Notes: a model not told the origin generated them from the sequence alone. 64,000 nucleotides of DNA from an uncultured Clostridia bacterium (GCA_944387495.1 CALXFD010000004.1:6798-70797); one strand, 5' to 3'. Counted from the first letter of the stretch, positions 38,634 through 48,434 are shown. Numbers and translations: made by a program.

Positions 38634-38667
38634 AGATATAATAGCTTCAAACATTTGAAGTATTTAA
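38634..38667 (-). repeat. segment B right inverted repeat
   Basis: Inverted copy (2 mismatches) ending 21 nt before the comM start. Confidence 0.8.
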
Positions 38668-38688
38668 GTAGAAAGGACAGCAGAGAGT

Positions 38689-40227
38689 TTGTTATCAAAT
38701 GTAAAAAGTATAACTTTACTAGGTTTAAAAGGTCATTTAATATCGATTCAAGTTGATATTTCAAGAGGAATGCCTACTTTTGAAATAGTAGGCTTGCCTG
38801 GAACTAGTATAAAAGAAGCGAAGGAAAGAGTGAAAATTGCTATAAAAAATGCAGGTATAGAATTTTTAAGTAGAAAAATAGTAGTAAATTTATCACCTGC
38901 AAATATTAGGAAAGAAGGCTCTTCTTTTGATTTGCCAATAGCTGTGGGTATTTTACTTGCTTCTGAAAAGGTGAAATATGTAAAAGAGCTTTTTAATGAA
39001 AGTATTTTTGTAGGAGAACTTTCATTAGATGGCACAATTGAAAAGATTAATGGAATATTACCAATTTGCATAGAGGCTAAAAGATTAGGTATTAAAAATA
39101 TATTTTTACCTGTTCAAAATGCAAAAGAAGCAAGTATTGTAAAAGGATTAAATATAATTCCTATTAATAATTTAAAAGAGATTATTGATTTTTTGAATGG
39201 AAATCTTGAAATTAAATTTGAAAATAATAATTTTAATATGCTAAAAGGAGAGCCAACATATGATGTTGATTTTTCAGAAGTTAAAGGTCAAGAAAATGTA
39301 AAAAGGGCATTAGAAATTGCAGCAGCTGGTGGGCATAATTGCTTGTTAATTGGAAGCCCAGGAAGCGGGAAGACAATGCTTGCAAAAAGAATACCAACAA
39401 TCTTGCCTGATATGAATTTAGAAGAAATATTAGAAGTTACTAAAATTTATAGTATTGTTGGATTAACTTCAAATGAACAGCCATTAATAGAGACGAGACC
39501 ATTTAGAAGTCCACATCATACTATAACATCAACCTCATTAGTAGGTGGAGGTAAAAGCCCAAAACTTGGGGAAGTTAGCTTAGCACATTTGGGTGTGCTT
39601 TTTCTAGATGAGCTGACTGAATTTAATAAAAATACATTAGAGGTATTAAGAGGACCATTAGAAGATAGAAAAATAACTATAAGTAGAATTAATTCTGCAA
39701 TATCTTATCCTTGTAATTTTATGCTAATTGCTAGTATGAATCCATGTCCATGTGGATATTATGGGTCAAAAGAAAAAGCCTGTACTTGTACAGAAGAGCA
39801 GATAAGAAAATATATAAATAAAATAAGTGGCCCTATGTTAGATAGAATTGATATACATATTGAAGTTAATAGTGTAAATTATGATAATTTAAGTTCAAAA
39901 GTAGAAACTGAAAAATCAATAGATATACGAAAAAGAGTAAATACAGCAAGAAAAAAACAATTAGAAAGATATAAAAAATACAAAATTTATTCTAATTCAG
40001 AATTAAATTCTACCCAATTAGAGTTATTTTGTAAATTAGATGAAAAATGTAAAAGAATTCTAGAAATTGCATTTGAAAAACTAGCATTAAGTTCAAGAGC
40101 ATATTCAAGAATTTTGAAAGTTGCAAGAACAATAGCAGATTTAGCTAATTCAGATAATATAAAACAAGAACATTTAGCAGAAGCTATACAATATAGAAGT
40201 TTAGATAGAAAATACTGGAAACATTAG
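38689..40227 (+). CDS. comM: ComM/YifB Mg-chelatase-like AAA+ ATPase
   Basis: TTG start; Walker A LIGSPGSGKTMLA, Walker B LFLDEL; N-terminal Lon-like domain; Cys cluster CPCGYYGSKEKACTC. Confidence 0.9.
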   Translation: MLSNVKSITLLGLKGHLISIQVDISRGMPTFEIVGLPGTSIKEAKERVKIAIKNAGIEFLSRKIVVNLSPANIRKEGSSFDLPIAVGILLASEKVKYVKELFNESIFVGELSLDGTIEKINGILPICIEAKRLGIKNIFLPVQNAKEASIVKGLNIIPINNLKEIIDFLNGNLEIKFENNNFNMLKGEPTYDVDFSEVKGQENVKRALEIAAAGGHNCLLIGSPGSGKTMLAKRIPTILPDMNLEEILEVTKIYSIVGLTSNEQPLIETRPFRSPHHTITSTSLVGGGKSPKLGEVSLAHLGVLFLDELTEFNKNTLEVLRGPLEDRKITISRINSAISYPCNFMLIASMNPCPCGYYGSKEKACTCTEEQIRKYINKISGPMLDRIDIHIEVNSVNYDNLSSKVETEKSIDIRKRVNTARKKQLERYKKYKIYSNSELNSTQLELFCKLDEKCKRILEIAFEKLALSSRAYSRILKVARTIADLANSDNIKQEHLAEAIQYRSLDRKYWKH

Positions 40228-40239
40228 AAGGAGGATAAT

Positions 40240-41217
40240 ATAGAAAAGATAACAATAGATAGTAAGATATATCCAGAAAACTTAAAAAATATAAAAAATA
40301 GTCCAAAAGCACTATATTACAAAGGAAATATAGAATTACTAAATACAAATAAAATAGCAATAATAGGTTCAAGGTTAAATAGTGAATATGGGGAAATATT
40401 AGCAAAAAAATTTGCAAAAGAATTGGTAAAACAAGGTATTACAATAGTAAGTGGAATGGCAATAGGGATAGATTCAATAGCACATAAAGCAGTACTAGAA
40501 GAACATGGAAATACAATAGCAGTTTTGCCATGTGGCTTAGAAAATATATATCCAGAAGAAAATAAAAAATTATTCCAAGATATAATAAATAATAATGGTT
40601 TAGTTTTAAGCGAATATCCACCAAAGAAACAAGCAACATCAAAGAAATTTTTAGAAAGAAATAGAATAGTAAGTGGCTTATCAATAGGAGTTCTAATAGT
40701 AGAAGCAATGCATAGAAGTGGAACTAGTGTAACTGCAAGATATGCAATAGAACAAAAAAGAAAAGTCTTTGTGCCACCACATGAAATCGGAGATAAAAAT
40801 GGTGTAGGAACTAATAAATTATTAAAACAAGGAGCTATAATAGTAACAAAAACAAAAGATATAATAGATAACTTTAAATTTCTAAAATATAAAGACATGG
40901 AAGAAATAAAGCTAAATTGTGAGAAAAAATTCAAAAATATTTCCCCAATAGACAAAAAGCAAACACAAAAAGATAGTAAAATACTTATAAATAAAAAAAT
41001 AGAAGTACTAAAAAACAAAAGAAAATTACAAATAAATAGTAAAGAAACAAATGACTTACACAAAATTTATGAACTAATAGAAAATACTGCAATTACAATA
41101 GATGAAATACAAGAAAAAACCAATATAAACATAAGCAAAATAAATAATTGCTTATTTATCCTAGAAATAGAAGGATATATTAAAAAAGTAGCAGGAGGTG
41201 GTTATATATGCAATTAA
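40240..41217 (+). CDS. dprA: DNA-processing protein DprA/Smf (non-canonical start; N-terminus extended beyond the listed ORF)
   Basis: Rossmann core IVSGMAIGIDSIAHKA; in-frame upstream sequence encodes the typical N-terminus IYPENLKNIKNSPKALYYKGN..IAIIGSR; AAGGAGGA RBS then ATA at 40240. Confidence 0.8.
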   Translation: MEKITIDSKIYPENLKNIKNSPKALYYKGNIELLNTNKIAIIGSRLNSEYGEILAKKFAKELVKQGITIVSGMAIGIDSIAHKAVLEEHGNTIAVLPCGLENIYPEENKKLFQDIINNNGLVLSEYPPKKQATSKKFLERNRIVSGLSIGVLIVEAMHRSGTSVTARYAIEQKRKVFVPPHEIGDKNGVGTNKLLKQGAIIVTKTKDIIDNFKFLKYKDMEEIKLNCEKKFKNISPIDKKQTQKDSKILINKKIEVLKNKRKLQINSKETNDLHKIYELIENTAITIDEIQEKTNINISKINNCLFILEIEGYIKKVAGGGYICN

Positions 41218-41567
41218 AAGAATTAGGAGATTTAGGCGAAAACATAGCATGCGATTACTTACAAAATCATGAATACCAAATAATCGAAAGAAATTTTAAG
41301 TGTAGGCAAGGAGAAATTGATGTAATAGCAGCAGATTTACAAAAGAAAGAATTAGTATTTATAGAAATTAAAACAAGGACAAGTTTAAATTATGGCTTAC
41401 CATCAGAAGCTGTAACTAAGAAAAAAAGAGAACATATATTTAAAAGTATAGAATATTACATATATAAAAACCATATAAGAAATATAGCAATAAGATTAGA
41501 TGTGATGGAAATATATTTATACAGAAGCTCAAATAAAGTAAATCACATAAAAAAAGCTTTTATATAA
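41208..41567 (+). CDS. yraN: YraN-family (UPF0102) endonuclease-like protein
   Basis: LGENIACDYLQNHEYQIIERNFKCRQGEIDVIA..FIEIKTR signature. Confidence 0.8.
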   Translation: MQLKELGDLGENIACDYLQNHEYQIIERNFKCRQGEIDVIAADLQKKELVFIEIKTRTSLNYGLPSEAVTKKKREHIFKSIEYYIYKNHIRNIAIRLDVMEIYLYRSSNKVNHIKKAFI

Positions 41568-41705
41568 AATATAAAAATAAAAAACTAAAAACATATAAAA
41601 ACCTTATACCCCTAGCATTTTTATTAAAAGGTTAAACTAAATGTAAATAAAATGTCATAAAAATGTAAAATATGCTACCAGCAAAAGAAAAATGCAGAGC
41701 CGTAG

Positions 41706-42332
41706 CACAAGAAAAGACAACCCAAAAAACTGCAAAATACTTCCATTTACAACTTTCTACATAAATGGATATCAAAAGTAAATATAAATGGTTTAACACA
41801 AAATGCACAAAATTATAGCCAAAGAAACGAACTATACAAAATAGATATCCATAGAAACAAAATAGAAAATTCAAGCATAAAAGTAACATACACAATAAGA
41901 ATAACAAACACAGGAGAAATAGAAGGAAATGTTACAAGATTAACAGAAATAATCCCAAACGGATTTAGTTATCATCAAGAAGATAACGAACTAAGCTGGA
42001 AAGAAGAAAGTGGAATACTAACAACAGATAGTCTAAAAGATGAAGCAATAAAACCAGGAGAACACAAAGACATAGAAATAGTATTAAGATGGAACGGAGG
42101 AGAAAACAACCTAGGAGAAAAAGACAACACAGTAATACTAAGCACAACAACAAACCCAGCAGGATATCAAGACATAAACAAAGAAGATAACAGTAGTAAA
42201 TCAAAAATGCTAATAACAATAGCAACAGGATTAGATAGTAATGATAGAGTAATAATGATAGGAGCATTACAAATATTAATATTACTAGCAGTAGGATTAA
42301 TGTTCGGGAGAAAAAAAGCACAACATAGATAA
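41706..42332 (+). pseudogene. 5'-truncated surface-protein gene (DUF11-type repeat plus C-terminal anchor)
   Basis: 208 sense codons with no start until the last 41; VTYTIRITNTGEIEGNVTRLTEIIPNGF is a DUF11-like repeat; C-terminal hydrophobic stretch plus GRKKAQHR. Confidence 0.65.
42214..42332 (+). repeat. direct repeat, copy 1 (3' end of adhesin fragment)
   Basis: Matches 44388-44503 with 2 substitutions and a 3-nt indel. Confidence 0.85.
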
Positions 42333-42342
42333 AAATACTAAT

Positions 42343-42376
42343 AAAAGGTCGTAAATATATAAATTTGCGACCTTTT
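42343..42376 (+). terminator. hairpin terminator after repeat copy 1
   Basis: aaaaggtcg / cgacctttt stem. Confidence 0.5.
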
Positions 42377-42441
42377 AAAAAGTACATATTAAAATCCTCA
42401 AAAAATCTATACATATTTTAAAAAAGTTTTATGCAAAAAAC

Positions 42442-42470
42442 TTGCATAAAATAACTCAAAATAGTATAAT
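42442..42470 (+). promoter_or_regulatory. promoter of the ATPase/RloB cassette with overlapping palindrome
   Basis: TTGCAT, 17 nt, TATAAT; ttatgcaa / ttgcataa inverted repeat spans the -35. Confidence 0.5.
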
Positions 42471-42523
42471 AATAATATATGTCATATGAAAGGAGGAACC
42501 CGATAAACTTCGGTATGTAAATT

Positions 42524-43777
42524 ATGATAACAAAAATAAAAATAAATAATTGTTTTACTTTTAATAAACCAGTAGAATTAAATTTAAAAGCAGATATGAG
42601 AACAAAAAGATTTTCTTGTAATGTGTACACAGTAAACAATATAAATATTATTAAATCAGCAATAATATATGGACCAAATAATACAGGAAAAACAGCATTC
42701 ATATCATCAGTCAAAGCAATAAAAGAAACTCTTTTAAACGAAAGCATACATTTAAAAAGTAATATATTTAATAAAAATAACATTTGTGAGCTAGGAATTT
42801 CATTCATATACGAAGAAAAAAATTACAATTATGAATTCAAATATGATGATGTTAGTCACGAATTTATATACGAAAAAATGTCACAAATTGTTTACGAACA
42901 AAATGGAAAAGAAAACGAAAATATAATTTTTGAAAAAAATACGATAGACAAAATCTATCAATGTAAATCAGACGAAAAATTAAAAAATGCATTAGAAATA
43001 ATTTCAAAAGACAATATACTTATTTATACATTAGCAACAGAAAATTTTGAAATTTTAAAAACAGTCAAAAACATATTAACAAGTATTGCAAAAAACATAG
43101 AAATAGTAGATATGAATAACATTCCAAATAAAAAAACAATAGAATTACTAAAACTAAATGATACTACAACAAAAAAAGTAGTTGATTTTATAAAAAATGC
43201 AGATTTATATTTAGAAAACTATCGATATGAAGAAAATCCAAAATTAGATATAGAAATGGATACAGAACAAATTGATGAAAAAACATTAAAAAATCAAAAT
43301 ATAGTAGAACAAGCAAAGTTAGTTTCTGTATATAAAGGAAAAGCAGTTCCAAGTATCCAATTTGACTCAGTAGGTACAAGAAAATTTGCCTCACTTGCAA
43401 GTTATATTATAGAAAGCTTAGAGAAAGGAAAAACTTTATTTGTAGATGAACTAGATAGTAGTCTACATTCTAAAATAACAAGAGCAATTATAAGTATGTT
43501 TAATAATAGTTTAAATAAAAATGCTCAATTAATTGCAACTTTACATGATATAAGTTTATTAGATTGCAAAAGAATGTTTAGAAAAGAGCAAATATGGTTT
43601 ACAGATAAAAATGAAAATGAAACTGAATTATACTCATTAAAAGACTTTAACTATGCAGACAGTGGAATTAGAGAAACTTCTGATATTCAAGATAGATATA
43701 ATAAAGGAGCTTTTGGAGCAGTACCTAATCCAGATTTAATATCTTGCCTATTGGAGGTGGAAGATATTGAGGAATAG
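42524..43777 (+). CDS. AAA_15/21-type ABC-like ATPase (AbiLi-like)
   Basis: Walker A GPNNTGKT, Walker B LFVDELDSSLH, LIATLHD. Confidence 0.8.
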   Translation: MITKIKINNCFTFNKPVELNLKADMRTKRFSCNVYTVNNINIIKSAIIYGPNNTGKTAFISSVKAIKETLLNESIHLKSNIFNKNNICELGISFIYEEKNYNYEFKYDDVSHEFIYEKMSQIVYEQNGKENENIIFEKNTIDKIYQCKSDEKLKNALEIISKDNILIYTLATENFEILKTVKNILTSIAKNIEIVDMNNIPNKKTIELLKLNDTTTKKVVDFIKNADLYLENYRYEENPKLDIEMDTEQIDEKTLKNQNIVEQAKLVSVYKGKAVPSIQFDSVGTRKFASLASYIIESLEKGKTLFVDELDSSLHSKITRAIISMFNNSLNKNAQLIATLHDISLLDCKRMFRKEQIWFTDKNENETELYSLKDFNYADSGIRETSDIQDRYNKGAFGAVPNPDLISCLLEVEDIEE

Positions 43778-44375
43778 TAGAGAAAGAAAAATATGTATTA
43801 TCTGTGAAGGTTTTGAAGAAATAGATTATCTAAATGCTCTAATAAATAAAGCAGTATTTTCAAATAAATATGAATTTGTTTTGATAAATAGTAAATCAAT
43901 AAATAATATAAGTAGTATATATCAAATAAGATATCAATCAAATTCTTACGACCTGGTTTTAGCGTTTTGTGATACAGATAAACGTCCTTCAACTAGATAT
44001 AAAGAAATAAAAAGAGAAATTAACGAATTTCATGGAAAAATAGTAGCTGATGATATTGTTATATTTGGCAATCCATGCACAATGCAAATAATAATTTCAC
44101 ATTTTGCAGAGATAAAACTAACAAGCCAAAGTAAAACAATAAACAGTAAATTTATAGAGCGATATGTTGGAATTAAGAACTATAAAGCAACAGATGAGCA
44201 AAGAAAAGAATTATTTAGGAAGATAAAAAGAGATAACTATGAAAAAATGAAAGAAAATGTAGGTAAGTTATCAGTAGATGATAATATTACATCAAGTACT
44301 AATATATTGAAATTTTTAAAAAGATTTGAAGATGAGAATACAATATGGATAGATGAAATTAATAAAAAATTATAA
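43767..44375 (+). CDS. RloB-like (Toprim-like) protein (AbiLii-like)
   Basis: 11-nt overlap with the ATPase gene; ICIICEGFEEIDYL and FCDTDKRP match the RloB pattern. Confidence 0.7.
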   Translation: MRNSRERKICIICEGFEEIDYLNALINKAVFSNKYEFVLINSKSINNISSIYQIRYQSNSYDLVLAFCDTDKRPSTRYKEIKREINEFHGKIVADDIVIFGNPCTMQIIISHFAEIKLTSQSKTINSKFIERYVGIKNYKATDEQRKELFRKIKRDNYEKMKENVGKLSVDDNITSSTNILKFLKRFEDENTIWIDEINKKL

Positions 44376-44387
44376 ATTAAATAGAAC

Positions 44388-44503
44388 TAACAATAGCAAC
44401 AGGATTAGATAGTAATGATAGAGTAATAATGATAGGAGCATTACAAATATTAATATTACTAGCAGTAGGATTAATGTTTGGAAGAAAAAAAGCACAACGA
44501 TAA
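44388..44503 (+). repeat. direct repeat, copy 2 (orphan 3' end)
   Basis: Preceded by stops, so not attached to a gene body. Confidence 0.85.
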
Positions 44504-44509
44504 ATAAAA

Positions 44510-44538
44510 AATCCAACTTTTAACAAGTTGGATTTTTT
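44510..44538. terminator. bidirectional terminator
   Basis: aatccaactt / aagttggatt stem plus tttt. Confidence 0.65.
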
Positions 44539-44540
44539 AT

Positions 44541-45452
44541 TTATTCATCATCTTTATCAATAATAGCTTTTTTCTCTAAAAAATGTTTAACCCATTCAAG
44601 TCCTAACACAATAACTCCTCCAAGAATGAAGAAAATAATACTAAAATTACTAAAAGACAATGGACCTTGTGCTGACTCTAATGTAGTTGGCCCCATAACA
44701 ATTGCATATAAAGAACCAATCATTAAACCTATAATAGTATAAATTGTTTGGCTTCTATATTTTTCTAAAGCTTTTTTAACTAATTTAATAACTAATGCTA
44801 TACCAGCCAAAATACCTAAACCAAAAACAATTAAAATAGGTAAATAATTCATATTAAAATGTAAAAATTCTTTAATAGCATTAATAATAGGCATATATAA
44901 ACCAAAAATTAGTAATAAAGTTGAACCTGAAATACCAGGTAAAATCATAGCAGAAATAGCTATCATAGCAACTACAAAAGCATAAATACATAAACCAATA
45001 TTCAAATTACCTGCACTAACATTTATACCATCAGATGCAGAAGTTGGGTTGAAAAATGTAATAACACAAACAATTGCAATACCAATAACAGTAAAGATTA
45101 AATATTTATACTTACCCTTTAAAACCTTAAAATCATCTTTAATAATTAAAGGTATAGCAAAAATAATAAATCCCATAAATAAAGAACTTACAGAATAAAT
45201 ATGTTTTTCAAATAAGCTAGATAAAACAAGAGAAGCCAAACACATACCAATAACCCAACCTATAAGTAACTTTGCTAAAAACTTAATAGCCTTAATTTTC
45301 TCTTCCTTAGTTCCAGAAATAAAAGCATCTAATGAATTAATAAATTTATCATAAAAACCTAAAATAAACGCAATTGAACCACCTGAAACACCAGGAACGC
45401 TATCTGCTAATGCCATACAAAAACCTCTAAATGCATTAATTAAAGTGTTCAT
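44541..45452 (-). CDS. DUF368-family membrane protein (undecaprenyl-phosphate translocase family)
   Basis: ADSVPGVSGGSIAFILG and ILPGISGSTLLLIFG paired motifs; start moved to MNTLINAF after AAGGAGGAAAAAG. Confidence 0.75.
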   Translation of the reverse strand: MNTLINAFRGFCMALADSVPGVSGGSIAFILGFYDKFINSLDAFISGTKEEKIKAIKFLAKLLIGWVIGMCLASLVLSSLFEKHIYSVSSLFMGFIIFAIPLIIKDDFKVLKGKYKYLIFTVIGIAIVCVITFFNPTSASDGINVSAGNLNIGLCIYAFVVAMIAISAMILPGISGSTLLLIFGLYMPIINAIKEFLHFNMNYLPILIVFGLGILAGIALVIKLVKKALEKYRSQTIYTIIGLMIGSLYAIVMGPTTLESAQGPLSFSNFSIIFFILGGVIVLGLEWVKHFLEKKAIIDKDDE

Positions 45453-45649
45453 CTTTTTCCTCCTTTTTAAATTTGTTATGAAATAACTATAACATAGACA
45501 AAGAAAAAAATAAATACTTTTGTCGAAAAAATGTCTCAAAAAGAAACGTCCCCAATTGGACATTTTTTATAAAAAAGTACTTGAAAAATAAGTGAATTAA
45601 TAGTAATATAAACTTGTAATTTTAAAATAAAAATGTAAGGAGAATTCTA

Positions 45650-48046
45650 ATGATAAAAAATAATAAAGGTGTTACTTTAATATCATTAACGATAGCAGTA
45701 ATGATAATTCTTTTAATCACAGGAGTTTTAATCTATAAGGCAACAGATAGTATAGGAATAAGAAATTTAACAAATCTATATAATGATATATCAAATATAA
45801 GAGATAAAATAACAGCATATTATGAGGAATACGGAACGTTACCAAAAGCAGGAGAATACACAAATACACAAGGTTTAGATGATGCAGGTGTATTAGGTGC
45901 TAATGATACAGGAAAATTCTATGTAGTTGATTTACAAGAATTAGATGGCTTAACATTAAACTATGGAAAAGATTATGAAAAAGTTAAATCAGGAAGTGCT
46001 TCCAATGTTAATGAGTTAACTGATTTATACATAGTAAATGAAAATAGTAATAATATTTTTTATGTAAAAGGTATTGAGATAGAACAAAACAACACAACAA
46101 AAACTTATTATACAGACGAAGAAAATCCAGATAGAGAAACACTTATATTGCATAATGGTTTTGAGGCACAACCAGGTGTAATAGTAGAGGGAGATAATAA
46201 AACATATACAGATAAATATGGAAATAAAGTAACAATACCAGTTGGATTTAAAGTATCTGAAAAAGCAGATGAACAAACAGTACCAACAGGATTAGTTATA
46301 GCAGATGCAGATGGAAACGAATTTGTTTGGATTCCTTGTTCAGAAGATGGGGAAATATATAATATAAATGAAAAAAGAGATACAAAAACAGAGGAGTTAT
46401 CAAGAAGGACATTTACAGAGGAAGAGGCAACAAAGGTAATAGGAGATAATGCAATATCAACTAATAATTATGGCGAAGGAAATGAAAATTCTTGTTTATA
46501 TCAATATGCACAAAAAGTTTATGAAGATGATTATAAATATTCAATAAACTATTTTAAAGATAGTGTAAACACATATGGTGGATTTTTTATAGCAAGATAT
46601 GAAGCAAGTAAAAATGGAGATAATGTACAAAGTAAAGCAAATCAGACACCATCTACAAATATGACAAAAGATATTGCATTACAAGATTCAATAAAAATGT
46701 ATAAGGATAGCACTAGTGTGGTAAGTTCTCTTGCAAATAGTTATTCATGGGATACAATGGTAGACTTTGTTTGCCAAAATAATGAACAAGGATACGCAAT
46801 GACATCATGGAAAGATGCTAAATATGGAAATGTAGCAACAGGACAAGTAAAAAATACAGCAAGCTATACGTATAATGGGAATACAGTAGATAAATATTGT
46901 AATATTTATGATTTATTAGGAAATGTATCAGAATTTACAACTGAATATGTTGAATCTCAATATCCAAGTGCAATAAGAGGAGGAACTTTTGATACAGAAC
47001 ATCTATTAGGAATAGCTGGTAGAAATAATACGGGGATTTCTTACTCTTGGCTAGGGTTTAGACCAATAATATATCTTCAATTTGAAAGAACAACAGAAGC
47101 AGGAAACAGAGTAGAAGATGCAAATAAAATATATACAGATACAGATGGAGATAAAACAGTAATTCCAAAAGAATTTACAGTATCAGGAATTCAAAGTGAA
47201 CAAAATATATCAGACGGCTTAGTAATATATGATATTCCAGATGGAGAAGTTGTAAATTGGGAAGATGATACAGATAATAATGGAGTAGCAGATGTGAAAC
47301 AAAAATACAATCAATTTGTCTGGGTGCCAGTTACAAATGATGCTGACTTTAAAACTTATGAGGGATATGCTAATAAAAAATTAGATTCAAAATTAGCTAA
47401 CTGTGAAGAGCCATTTTCAAATGGTTATGACACAGAAGAAGATGAATATAATGATATGAAGAAAAGTGTATTAAACAATAACGGATTTTATGTAGCAAGA
47501 TATGAGGCAGGAACAGAAAATGGAAAAAGACAAGATGGAAGTAATATAGAAGCTGAACCAGTATCTAAACAAGGAGTAGATGTATATAACTATATAAAAT
47601 GGGGAAATTCAATGACAGACCCAACAGGTGGAGCAGTGGAAAAATCAAAAGAAATGTATACAGGTAAAAATAAATATGGAGCAACAAGTACATTGATATA
47701 TAATATACAATGGGATGCTATAATGGCGTGGATAGACCCAGCATATAAGACAGGAAAATGTGATACAGAAAAATCATTTGTAGCAAATTCGACAGGAAAA
47801 GGTCATTATAAGCAATCAGAACCAGCAAAAACTGGCTCAAATGATAATTATGCAGTAAAAAATATATATGACTTAGCAGGAAACCTTTATGAATGGACGA
47901 TGGGAGGATATTCTACTAATAATAGGACCACAAGAGGTGGAAATTACCTTTCTTCACCAGATTCAATTCCAGCCTCTTATCGTAATAGTGATGTACCTAC
48001 TGACAGTAATGACAACCTAGGTTTCAGACTTGCTTTATACTTGTAA
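45650..48046 (+). CDS. prepilin-like N-terminus fused to two FGE-sulfatase (SUMF1/DUF323) domains
   Basis: KGVTLISLTIAVMIILL resembles a class III signal (Ser at +5 instead of Glu); domains end AIRGGTF..WLGFRPIIYL and TTRGGNY..NLGFRLALYL. Confidence 0.6.
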   Translation: MIKNNKGVTLISLTIAVMIILLITGVLIYKATDSIGIRNLTNLYNDISNIRDKITAYYEEYGTLPKAGEYTNTQGLDDAGVLGANDTGKFYVVDLQELDGLTLNYGKDYEKVKSGSASNVNELTDLYIVNENSNNIFYVKGIEIEQNNTTKTYYTDEENPDRETLILHNGFEAQPGVIVEGDNKTYTDKYGNKVTIPVGFKVSEKADEQTVPTGLVIADADGNEFVWIPCSEDGEIYNINEKRDTKTEELSRRTFTEEEATKVIGDNAISTNNYGEGNENSCLYQYAQKVYEDDYKYSINYFKDSVNTYGGFFIARYEASKNGDNVQSKANQTPSTNMTKDIALQDSIKMYKDSTSVVSSLANSYSWDTMVDFVCQNNEQGYAMTSWKDAKYGNVATGQVKNTASYTYNGNTVDKYCNIYDLLGNVSEFTTEYVESQYPSAIRGGTFDTEHLLGIAGRNNTGISYSWLGFRPIIYLQFERTTEAGNRVEDANKIYTDTDGDKTVIPKEFTVSGIQSEQNISDGLVIYDIPDGEVVNWEDDTDNNGVADVKQKYNQFVWVPVTNDADFKTYEGYANKKLDSKLANCEEPFSNGYDTEEDEYNDMKKSVLNNNGFYVARYEAGTENGKRQDGSNIEAEPVSKQGVDVYNYIKWGNSMTDPTGGAVEKSKEMYTGKNKYGATSTLIYNIQWDAIMAWIDPAYKTGKCDTEKSFVANSTGKGHYKQSEPAKTGSNDNYAVKNIYDLAGNLYEWTMGGYSTNNRTTRGGNYLSSPDSIPASYRNSDVPTDSNDNLGFRLALYL

Positions 48047-48067
48047 AAATATAAATTTTTAATAAAG

Positions 48068-48111
48068 CTATACAATTTTTAAATTTAATTTGAAAAAATT
48101 GTATAGTTTTT
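48068..48111 (+). terminator. rho-independent terminator
   Basis: ctatacaatttt / aaaattgtatag stem plus ttttt. Confidence 0.65.
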
Positions 48112-48153
48112 CTAATTTAAAACAAAAAAATATTTAAAATAACTTTAAATACT

Positions 48154-48256
48154 AGTAGTAAACCAAATAAAAAATGCCAACAAATGAAGAAAAATGCGAT
48201 GAAAAAGCAACTATAATCATAAAAACATATTGAAAAAATCTTGATTTCGTGTAAAA
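48154..48256 (+). repeat. direct repeat copy 1 (promoter/iteron region)
   Basis: ~92% identical by eye to 49275-49376; contains TTGAAA, 16 nt, TAAAAT and two iterons (48239, 48272). Confidence 0.8.
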
Positions 48257-48434
48257 TTGGGCAAATAAAAATCTTGATTTCGTGAAATTAAAAATATATG
48301 ATTAAACCATAAATAGAAAAATATATGGAAATTGATAAATCTTTCTATATCTCACACAAAAAAATCTGAAAATAACTCAAATTTCTAGTTTTTTTAAAAG
48401 AAATATGTTATACTTATATTGAATGTAAAGGTAG

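Noticed and set aside
40317-41063. 248-aa minus-strand ORF
   Set aside because: It lies entirely antisense to dprA, which has clear family motifs. It is hydrophobic low-complexity with no RBS.
41632-42807. Three minus-strand ORFs (91, 149, 129 aa), Leu/Phe/Cys-rich
   Set aside because: They are antisense shadows of the plus-strand adhesin fragment and of the ATPase 5' end. Their composition is typical of reverse-frame artefacts in A-rich coding DNA.
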